Assembly: GCA_035538015.1 (NCBI GenBank)
Contig: DATLLC010000279.1
Span: 1 to 57,392 of the forward strand
Reading direction: 5' to 3'
Source: Vicinamibacterales bacterium
Lineage (GTDB): Bacteria; Acidobacteriota; Vicinamibacteria; Vicinamibacterales; UBA2999
Length of the DNA: 57,392 nt
Shown here: positions 30,990 to 38,116 of the stretch, piece by piece
Numbering within the stretch: the first letter of the stretch is position 1
Layout: every line of letters starts with the position of its first letter
Translations under genes and position numbers: made by a program
The notes under the pieces: generated by a model
The model's database searches: none
The model's input: only the letters and a program-made list of their open reading frames with translations
What the model was told of the DNA's origin: nothing

Positions 30990-32623
30990 CTTGACGCCGA
31001 CGCCTTGTCGCAGGCGAAGGCCCACCCATGACGGCAGGCGCGGGCGTAGAGGTCGGGCTCGGTCATGTCCATCAGGTTGAGTCCGCCCTGACGCAGAAGC
31101 AGGCGCAGGTCCATCGTTCTCGGCTCGGCTCGCGCCACATCCGCCTCGTCGAGCAGGTTCAGGCAGCCCGGCTGGAAGCGCGCCTCGCACGCGCGTGCGA
31201 AGTAGGCGAGCGCGCCCTCCCGATCGACCGGTACAAGACGGCCCTCCAGGGAGTAACGCCCCAGCTCGTTGCAGGCCCAGCCAGAGTTGTCGAGGCAATA
31301 CGAGGCCTCGATGTTCAAGAGCCGCTGGCAGGCCTGCGGTCGATTCTCGCCGCACGCCTGCTGCCAGAACGGCAGCGCGTCCCCGCGATGCATCCCGTCA
31401 GTGGCGCCGAACGCGGTCATCACGGCGAAGAAAGCGACCCACACCGCCATGTGCGCGAGGTTTCCGCGTCCGATCGGACCCTCGAGGCGAAGCGCGGTGA
31501 CGATCGGGCGCGTCCGCCACTTCTCCACCGCTCGGTCGATGGCTGGTACGCAGAGGTTGAGGAGTGGCACCGACAGGAGCTTGTCGTAGAAGGTCGGCAA
31601 CCCGAGGGCGCCGAGCACACCGAAGAGTGTCAGGACCCCCACTCCGTACATGACCCCGAACACCGCGCGGCCGATCGGGGTCCTCGGCGACGTGGAGGGA
31701 TCGGTGACCAGGAGGTGCAGCCCGAGAAACACCGCCGAAGGGATTTCGGAATCGACGAAGTACGGCACCCCGGTCACTGCGTAGTAGATCGCGCTCCCAG
31801 CGAAGAGCGTCGCCGCCGCGGCCGCCGTCACCGGCGTGATGGCGAAGAAGTACATGACGACGAGCCCGATGAGGAAGAGCGCCAGGTAGATGCTCGGGCC
31901 CAGGCTGAAGGTCGTATTGATCTCCTGCGCCCAGGTGAGGCCGGTCGTTCCCGTCGCGAGCAGCACAAGGCTGAAGAGCGCCAGGGTGAACGCCGAAGGG
32001 TTGAAGATGTGCACGTCGCGGCCGTCGCGGCGCCAACGCACGAAGGCCTTGCCGAGGAAGCCGACCGCGATCAGCACGAACTGCAGGGCGAACCAGTCGT
32101 CGCGGAACCACAGGAACAGGTTCGTGCTGAAGACGATTGGGAATGGTCCGAAGCCGAGGGCGTAGGGCTGGCGCCTGGACCAGGCGAGCAGCAGGTCGAA
32201 GGCGTACGCGAAGACCAGCTGCCCGAGTAGTAATGGCGAGTAGGCGTAGACCGGTGGCCAGAACCAGCCCCAGTAGGCATAAACGCCGAGCTGGCAGAGG
32301 CTCTGGACGTAATGTTGCGCCCGGGGCCGGGACAGTTCGAGCCGTGGCGCCGGCGTTCCCCACTTCCACAGAAAGATGGCGGCCTGCCAGGCCAGCAGTA
32401 AGAGGGCCGCACCCCAGAACGACCACGCCAGCGGCTCGCTTTGCTGGATGCGCGGCAGCCGGCCCAGCACCAGCAGGCCGCCGATGAGGGCCATCGGCAC
32501 GATGAACACGCCCGGACCCGCGTCCGTGCGCTCGCCGGCGTGCGCTCCCTGAGTCCCCTTCACGTTGCCTGTGCCTTGTACACCACCAGGATCCGGGGTG
32601 CAACCAACCGGCGGAACTCTCAT
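30986..32623 (-). CDS. RnfD/NqrB-like polytopic membrane domain fused to a C-terminal Cys-rich Sel1-like repeat domain
   Basis: I chose ATG 32623, but the start is uncertain. The multi-TM region contains IFNPSAFTLALFSLVLL and HLLVTDPSTSP, the same hallmarks as 23083..25302. The C-terminal ~140 aa read ACGENRPQACQRLL..WACNELGRYSLEGRLVPVDREGALAYFARACEARFQPGCLNLL..ACRHGWAFACDKA (Sel1/Hcp-like). Confidence 0.65.
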   Translation of the reverse strand: MRVPPVGCTPDPGGVQGTGNVKGTQGAHAGERTDAGPGVFIVPMALIGGLLVLGRLPRIQQSEPLAWSFWGAALLLLAWQAAIFLWKWGTPAPRLELSRPRAQHYVQSLCQLGVYAYWGWFWPPVYAYSPLLLGQLVFAYAFDLLLAWSRRQPYALGFGPFPIVFSTNLFLWFRDDWFALQFVLIAVGFLGKAFVRWRRDGRDVHIFNPSAFTLALFSLVLLATGTTGLTWAQEINTTFSLGPSIYLALFLIGLVVMYFFAITPVTAAAAATLFAGSAIYYAVTGVPYFVDSEIPSAVFLGLHLLVTDPSTSPRTPIGRAVFGVMYGVGVLTLFGVLGALGLPTFYDKLLSVPLLNLCVPAIDRAVEKWRTRPIVTALRLEGPIGRGNLAHMAVWVAFFAVMTAFGATDGMHRGDALPFWQQACGENRPQACQRLLNIEASYCLDNSGWACNELGRYSLEGRLVPVDREGALAYFARACEARFQPGCLNLLDEADVARAEPRTMDLRLLLRQGGLNLMDMTEPDLYARACRHGWAFACDKASASR

Positions 32624-32785
32624 TCCCGGTTGCTCGCAAGCAGCGTTGCGTGCGTATCGCGCTTTGTCGTTTCTTCGGTTCCCGGGCGATCCGCGCCCGG
32701 GTTCGGGTTGACAAGCGCCGGCCGTCCAAAGCATCCTTGCCCGGCCTTTTACGAAGTCAGTGTCCCTTCGCCAACCGAGGTGCTC

Positions 32786-34864
32786 ATGAGGACTGGACCT
32801 TCAGGGAAATGGGCGGCTCCCGCCCTGGGTGGTGTGCTGGCCGTAGTGATCGGCCTGGCGATCGCGGGAGTACCTGGGAGCGCCCAACAAAAGGGAGACT
32901 GGCCAGCCATCACCGGTGGCGATACGGCGACCCGCTACTCGGCGCTCGATCAGATCAACGCTTCGAATTTCAACAACCTCAAGGTCGCGTGGGAATGGCG
33001 GGGCGAGGTGCCCGGCATCGAGATCGGCGAGATAAACGGCCGTGGGCTTCCGATCTATGTAGACGGGATGCTCTACACCACCTCGGGCCCGCGCCGGACC
33101 GTCGTCGCCATGGATCCCGCCACGGGCAAGACCGTGTGGGCTTTCCAGGAGCCGCTGACCCCGCGTCACGAATACTCGATGCGATCCAACCACGGCAAGG
33201 GCGTGACCTTCGCGCGCATCAACGGCCGTGGCGCGATCATCGTCGTCACACCTGGATTCTTTCTGCACGTGCTGGATGCCAAGACCGGTCAACCTCTCGA
33301 AGGCTGGGGCGGCAATGTGCCGGTGGCCGGCTTCCCGAAGTCCGGGTCGATCGATCTGCTGAAGGATCTCATCGCCGACTGGGATCCGTGGACCTCGGCC
33401 AAGAAGCCGTACGATGCCGCGGCGGGACTGCCCCTCGAGATCGGCTACATCACCAACTCCTCGCCGCCGATCGTCGTCAACGACGTGCTCGTCGTCGGCA
33501 ATTCCGCCGAGCAGGGCTACAACCAGACGCGGATCGAGAACGTGCCGGGCGACATCCTCGCCTACGACGTCAAGACCGGCAAGATGTTGTGGAAGTTCCA
33601 CGTGATTCCGCGCCCGGGCGAGTTCGGCCACGAGACGTGGGAGAACGACGCGTGGAAGTGGACCGGCGACATCTCGTCGTGGGCGCCGATGTCGGCCGAT
33701 CCGTCGCGCGGCCTCGTCTACGTGCCGACCAACGGTCCGACGATGGATTACTTCGGCGGGTTCCGGCCGGGCGACAACCTGTTCAGCACCAGCATCATCG
33801 CGCTCGACGTGAAGAGCGGCAAGCGCGTCTGGCACCAGCAGCTGGTGAAGCATGACATCTGGAACTACGACGTGCCGAACGCGCCGATGCTGCTCGACGT
33901 CAACGTCAACGGCACGCGGGTGCCGGGAGTCTTCGCCATCACCAAACAGGCGTGGGTCTATTCCTACAACCGCCAGACGGGCGCGCCGATCTGGCCGATT
34001 GTCGATCGTCCCGTGCCGGCGTCGCAGGTGCCTGGTGAGAAGCTTGCGGCCACCCAGCCATTCGTCACCAAACCGGCACCGTACGACCTGCAGGGGCGCA
34101 CGGAAGATCAAGTCATCGACTTCACGCCGGAGATCAAGAAGCTGGCGCTGGACCGGGCGAAGCAGTACGACCTGCTCGCCCCGCTCTTCGCGCCGCCACG
34201 GCATCGTGGCAACAGCGAGGGCAAGGGTCACGTCAACATCTGCCCGGGCGGCGGTGGCGGCGCCAACATCACCGGGCCACCGGCAGCGGACCCGACCGCC
34301 GGTATTCTCTTCATCACCTCGACCAGCGGCTGCTCCCCCACCATCCTGGCACCCGCGATCGAGCGCGACACGCCGCGCATGACCGGCAAGACCGTGGCAC
34401 AGTGGGCGACGGCCCGCGGCAGCAACCCGCCGGCGCCAAAGCCCGATCCGAACGATCCGCTGGCCGGCATCCCCGACCTCTTCAAGGGCCCGCTCGGCCG
34501 CATCGTCGCGATCGACATGAACACGGGCGAACACCTGTGGACGATTCCGCACGGTGACATGGACGCGAAGGCCCAGGAGGCATTCAAGAGCAACAAGCTC
34601 CTGCAGGGCCGCACCATCGACACCAATTGGGGCCGGCGCGGGCACGCTGCGATGGCCGCCACGTCCACGCTGCTGCTGGCCACGGGGCAGACCGCCAACG
34701 GGCAGGCGCAGCTGTTCGCGATCGACAAGAAGACCGGCAAGCGCGTCGGTCAGGTGCCGACCACGCGGCTGGGCGGTTACGGATTGATGACCTACATGCA
34801 CCAGGGCAAGCAGTACATCGTCGTGCCGCAGAACGGCGGCTACACCACGCTGGCGCTGCCCTAG
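32786..34864 (+). CDS. PQQ-dependent dehydrogenase (quinoprotein, 8-bladed propeller), signal-anchored
   Basis: The internal ATG at 32786 has GAGG 5 nt upstream and gives 692 aa. The N-terminus has a TM/signal segment. It reads DWPAITGGDTATRYSALDQINASNFNNLKVAWEW..., typical of the N-terminus of quinoprotein glucose/alcohol dehydrogenases, with repeated W-motifs throughout. Confidence 0.85.
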   Translation: MRTGPSGKWAAPALGGVLAVVIGLAIAGVPGSAQQKGDWPAITGGDTATRYSALDQINASNFNNLKVAWEWRGEVPGIEIGEINGRGLPIYVDGMLYTTSGPRRTVVAMDPATGKTVWAFQEPLTPRHEYSMRSNHGKGVTFARINGRGAIIVVTPGFFLHVLDAKTGQPLEGWGGNVPVAGFPKSGSIDLLKDLIADWDPWTSAKKPYDAAAGLPLEIGYITNSSPPIVVNDVLVVGNSAEQGYNQTRIENVPGDILAYDVKTGKMLWKFHVIPRPGEFGHETWENDAWKWTGDISSWAPMSADPSRGLVYVPTNGPTMDYFGGFRPGDNLFSTSIIALDVKSGKRVWHQQLVKHDIWNYDVPNAPMLLDVNVNGTRVPGVFAITKQAWVYSYNRQTGAPIWPIVDRPVPASQVPGEKLAATQPFVTKPAPYDLQGRTEDQVIDFTPEIKKLALDRAKQYDLLAPLFAPPRHRGNSEGKGHVNICPGGGGGANITGPPAADPTAGILFITSTSGCSPTILAPAIERDTPRMTGKTVAQWATARGSNPPAPKPDPNDPLAGIPDLFKGPLGRIVAIDMNTGEHLWTIPHGDMDAKAQEAFKSNKLLQGRTIDTNWGRRGHAAMAATSTLLLATGQTANGQAQLFAIDKKTGKRVGQVPTTRLGGYGLMTYMHQGKQYIVVPQNGGYTTLALP

Positions 34865-34947
34865 GCGGGCGTCGCCGCGGCGAGCTCAGACGGCCGGTCC
34901 GACGTGGCAGCGCCGGACCGGCCGTTCGTGTTTCTGACGCCGCTGAG

Positions 34948-34953
34948 GATAAT
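34948..34953 (+). promoter_or_regulatory. -10-like box GATAAT 6 nt upstream of ATG 34960
   Basis: GATAAT-GGGCCC-ATG. Confidence 0.4.
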
Positions 34954-34959
34954 GGGCCC

Positions 34960-35634
34960 ATGTGCGACTTTGGCCGCCACGGTCACGACCACCACGACCA
35001 TTCCGACGCGGCGGTGCCGCACTTCGGATTCCTGGTCGACGTCCCCGAGATTCGTACCCTGATTGCTGAAACCCGCCAGCTCACTGCCGAGATCGCAGAC
35101 ACCGCCGCCCGCGTGGAGGCGCTCAAGCCGGCGTTCTCGAAACTCCTGGCCGCAGACGGATGGCTGCCCGAGGAGTACGCGTCACCAGATCTGAAGAGCG
35201 GTATGGGCGGTGGGATCGGCCAATATGCGCTTTATCGCGCCGAGGACCTGTGTCTGTTCTCGCTGGTCATTCCCGCCGGCGCGGAGACGCCGGTGCATGA
35301 CCATCTTGCATGGGGCCTCATCGGTGTGTATCGGGGGCGGCAAGACGAAACCGTCTACCGCCGCCTGGACGACGGGCGTGTTGAAGCGCGCGCGACGCTC
35401 GAGGTGTCGAAGCGCCAGACGATGGACACGGGTGAGTTCTATGCGCTGCTGCCGCCGCGCGACGACATCCACTTCGTGAAGACCGTCTCCGAGGTCCCGT
35501 CCATCTCGATTCACCTGCTCGCGAACGACACGGCGTGCGTGTGGCGCCACCGGTTCAACCCCGCGGCCGGAACAGTCAACGCGTTCAGGTCCGGGTACAG
35601 CAACGCACCGTGTCCTGAAGAGGCGCGCTCGTAG
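34960..35634 (+). CDS. Cysteine dioxygenase type I-like cupin
   Basis: The internal ATG gives 224 aa. The N-terminus is His-rich (MCDFGRHGHDHHDH). The cupin core is FSLVIPAGAETPVHDHLAWGLIGVYRGRQDETVY...IHFVKTVSEVPSISIHLL, which resembles the bacterial CDO / 3-mercaptopropionate dioxygenase family. Confidence 0.7.
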   Translation: MCDFGRHGHDHHDHSDAAVPHFGFLVDVPEIRTLIAETRQLTAEIADTAARVEALKPAFSKLLAADGWLPEEYASPDLKSGMGGGIGQYALYRAEDLCLFSLVIPAGAETPVHDHLAWGLIGVYRGRQDETVYRRLDDGRVEARATLEVSKRQTMDTGEFYALLPPRDDIHFVKTVSEVPSISIHLLANDTACVWRHRFNPAAGTVNAFRSGYSNAPCPEEARS

Positions 35635-35688
35635 CGCGTTGGCAAGTGAGTGGGGCGCCGGCAGCAACGGCACCGGTGTCCGGCGATG

Positions 35689-36144
35689 TCAACGGTCTGA
35701 CGCGGGCCGTCGTTCGAGATGATGCCGGAGATGCTGCACGGCTTCATCCGACGTGGCGACGATGCGCAGTTGCTCGATGCTGGTGACCTTGGTGATCTCC
35801 AGCAGGCGTTGCAATTCGGTGGCGGCCTCGCCTGTCAGCACGATCGCACAGGGCGCGACCCAACCGCGCACCCAGGCCGCAATCGCCGCGAGCAGTGCCC
35901 CGAGATCGGCCGACGAGAAACGGTAGCCGTAACCGCCGAAGTCCAGGAGCACACCGGCGTATCGCATCCGCCCATCACCCTGCGCGTGGAGCATCTCCGC
36001 GACCGCGTCAGCCTTGAGCGTGATGGCTGCTTGGGGACGCGAGAGGACCAGCACCTGTCCGAGCGGCGCCATGTCCATCGAGTGTTCGGTCAGGGACTGC
36101 GCGCCGGACCGGCTGCCCAGCAGGCCACGAAAGGCGTTCAGCAT
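35689..36144 (-). CDS. Hypothetical protein
   Basis: I chose the internal ATG at 36144 (MLNAFRGLLG..), giving 151 aa. I recognise no family with confidence. The coding call rests on ORF length, codon bias and its same-strand neighbour. Confidence 0.45.
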   Translation of the reverse strand: MLNAFRGLLGSRSGAQSLTEHSMDMAPLGQVLVLSRPQAAITLKADAVAEMLHAQGDGRMRYAGVLLDFGGYGYRFSSADLGALLAAIAAWVRGWVAPCAIVLTGEAATELQRLLEITKVTSIEQLRIVATSDEAVQHLRHHLERRPASDR

Positions 36145-36184
36145 GCGCGCCCCGGCGGGACGCGGCCGCGGCGCGGCCCGCGGG

Positions 36185-36562
36185 TCATTGGGCGGCGCCC
36201 AGGGCGCCAAGCGTTCCGTGGGTGTGGAATACGCACGTGGTCGGCGGGCCGAGCGGCGCCGTCTCAGGGTTCACGCCCGTGACATGCATCACGCTTTCCT
36301 TGAACCAACGATCGAAACCGTGGCTCGAGGCAGCGTAGTCCTGGGCCGCCACCTGCATCGGCTTGCCGGAAAACTGCGTGACAGCGATGACCCACAGGCC
36401 GTCCGGCTGCTCCTGTTCGTACCAGCTCTCGTGGGAAATCCCCATCCGGCCGTAGAACTCGGCCGCCTCAGCGGCGCGGGTCGTCTGCAGGTCGCGCGCG
36501 AACTGTCGCATCTGGTCTTCCTGGCCCGGGAGAATCGGAAAGGCACGCACGAGGAGCTCCAT
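36185..36562 (-). CDS. Hypothetical small alpha/beta protein
   Basis: 125 aa. AGGAGG lies 8 nt upstream of the ATG. I have no confident family assignment. Confidence 0.55.
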   Translation of the reverse strand: MELLVRAFPILPGQEDQMRQFARDLQTTRAAEAAEFYGRMGISHESWYEQEQPDGLWVIAVTQFSGKPMQVAAQDYAASSHGFDRWFKESVMHVTGVNPETAPLGPPTTCVFHTHGTLGALGAAQ

Positions 36563-36612
36563 GACTCACGCCTCCTGTATCGAGTGACCGAGCGGGATTG
36601 TGCCACAGGCGG

Positions 36613-37119
36613 CTACCGGCCGACGGCCTTCCGCATGAACACGCAGGCAATGGGCCGTCCGGACTGGAGGTGCGTGTCGCCGCGGCCCACCTCGACGAAT
36701 CCATTCGCTCTGTAGAAGTCGACGCCAGCCAGCGAGGCTTCGATGTGAAGGCTGGTGGCGCCGCGGCTGACGGCGTCGGCCTCCGCCAGCGCCAGCAGCG
36801 CTGAGCCGATACCGCGCCGGGCCGCGGCACCGCGGACATACACGGATGTGCCATAGCGCGTGCCCTCGATCGGGTAGTCGCTGGCAAACCCGAGCACCAC
36901 GGCTGTGTCATCGATGTGGCCCGTGGCGATGAAGAACACCTCGCCTCGTCGCATCGCTGCGAGGTAGAGCCCGCCGGTGACGCAGTCCTCCCAGTCGTCG
37001 ACCACTGCCGGCGAGTAGAACCTGGGACCTATCGATCGAATGGAATCACGGTGCGCGACGCCGATGGCGTCGACATCGACCTCCTCCGCTCGCCGGATCT
37101 GCAGATCGCCGGTGTTCAT
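36613..37119 (-). CDS. GNAT-family N-acetyltransferase
   Basis: The internal ATG at 37119 (MNTGDLQIRRAEEVDVDAI..) gives 168 aa. The sequence YVRGAAARRGIGSALLALAE..FYRANGF is typical of the family. It has an ATGA overlap with the upstream gene's stop. Confidence 0.8.
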   Translation of the reverse strand: MNTGDLQIRRAEEVDVDAIGVAHRDSIRSIGPRFYSPAVVDDWEDCVTGGLYLAAMRRGEVFFIATGHIDDTAVVLGFASDYPIEGTRYGTSVYVRGAAARRGIGSALLALAEADAVSRGATSLHIEASLAGVDFYRANGFVEVGRGDTHLQSGRPIACVFMRKAVGR

Positions 37120-37445
37120 TCCGGTTCGATCCCGCGGCGCGGCTGCTTCCGCGGCACATCCCACGCGCCGGGAGGCAGGTAGTGGAAGCGAATCAGAAAC
37201 ACGTTGTCGCCGGAACCGTGCCTGGCTACGCCGAGCAGCTCATCAACACTCTCGAAGCCAGATTCGCGCGCCAGGTCGAAGGTGATATCGCCGAGGGCAA
37301 TCGGCACGATGGAATCGACGACGATGTGCCCATCGTCCATCGGATAGTGTCCGCCCACCTTGACATGAGGATGTTTCCAGATGCGAACGCTGCACCGGAT
37401 CCGGCCGCGGCGGATTCCCTCACGGAGTCGTTTGGTGAACACCAT
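37116..37445 (-). CDS. ASCH/PUA-like small protein (tentative)
   Basis: I chose the start MVFTKRLREGIRRGRIRCSVRIWKHPHVKVGGHY.., giving 109 aa. The pattern resembles ASCH-domain proteins. It is translationally coupled to the GNAT gene downstream. Confidence 0.5.
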   Translation of the reverse strand: MVFTKRLREGIRRGRIRCSVRIWKHPHVKVGGHYPMDDGHIVVDSIVPIALGDITFDLARESGFESVDELLGVARHGSGDNVFLIRFHYLPPGAWDVPRKQPRRGIEPE

Positions 37446-37659
37446 GCGGAACTCGCGGACCGATGAAACCATACCATCCCGCAGTCGCGGCACGGCCCCG
37501 CCCGAGCGGCTCCTCCAGGCGGAGTCGCGCTGTCAGCGTCGAAACACCGCCTTCGGAATCTTCCCCTCGATGACCTGCGAAAGGTCGACGGCCTCGGCGA
37601 CGTGGAAATCGCCCGCGATGCTGGCCGGCGTTCGCCGGACAAGCTCGAAATATTGACAG

Positions 37660-37688
37660 TTGCAATGCGACAGTCAACTGTATATATT
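37660..37688 (+). promoter_or_regulatory. AT-rich promoter for the MerR gene
   Basis: TTGCAA (37660..37665), a 17-nt spacer, TATATT (37683..37688), then 8 nt to ATG 37697. It is preceded by an overlapping TTGACA (37653..37658). The spacer holds the direct repeat GACAGT x2 and the inverted repeat ACAGTTG/CAACTGT. Confidence 0.45.
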
Positions 37689-37696
37689 AACCGTCG

Positions 37697-38116
37697 ATGA
37701 GCGGGGACACCGCGCGCTACGGCATCGACGAGCTCGCCGAACTGGGCGGCGTGTCCCGTCGCACGGTGCGCTACTACGTCCAGGAACAGCTCCTGCCGCC
37801 GCCCCTCGGCGTCGGCCGCGGCCGACACTACGGCCGCGCCCACCTGGACGCGTTGCTCCGCGTCAAGTCCATGCAGGAAGCCGGCCTCACGCTCGAAGCC
37901 GTCCACCACGCCCTCTCGAGCCGATCCGCCGCGCCGCTACTCGCGCGCGAGGCTTTCGGCCGCGAAGTCTGGCGCCGACTCGCCCTGGCCCCCGGCCTCG
38001 AGCTGCACGTGCGCAGCGACGTCCGGGTGCCGCCCGCCTCAGCGCTCGCCGCGCTGTCAGAGTGGTGCCGCATTCACCTCGGACAAACGGGAGATCGCCA
38101 CCATGCCGACGACTGA
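37697..38116 (+). CDS. MerR-family transcriptional regulator
   Basis: 139 aa with the N-terminal HTH YGIDELAELGGVSRRTVRYYVQEQLLPPP..GRGRHYGRAHLDALLRVKSMQEAGLTL. Confidence 0.85.
   Translation: MSGDTARYGIDELAELGGVSRRTVRYYVQEQLLPPPLGVGRGRHYGRAHLDALLRVKSMQEAGLTLEAVHHALSSRSAAPLLAREAFGREVWRRLALAPGLELHVRSDVRVPPASALAALSEWCRIHLGQTGDRHHADD

Noticed and set aside
32801-34801. A 666-aa minus-strand ORF, together with similar long shadows (714..1916, 9891..11894, 25197..26741, 42764..44122, 42871..44364, 50197..52341, 15232..16395, 18134..19333)
   Set aside because: All are antisense or off-frame to genes with clear family motifs. All have the R/G/P/A/H-dominated composition expected from non-coding frames at this GC content. 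None has a recognisable domain.
37108-37140. GGTTCGATCCCGC, which looks like a tRNA T-arm/T-loop
   Set aside because: The flanks do not form a 5-bp T-stem, and no acceptor, D or anticodon arms can be drawn. The site lies in the ATGA overlap of two protein-coding genes. I found no tRNA or rRNA elsewhere in the window.
37533-37673. An open minus-strand frame reading ..YFELVRRTPASIAGDFHVAEAVDLSQVIEGKIPKAVFRR, which looks like the C-terminus of a protein
   Set aside because: There is no ATG, GTG or TTG start between the upstream in-frame stop and this sequence, and I recognise no family. It may be a gene remnant, but I cannot support it as a feature.
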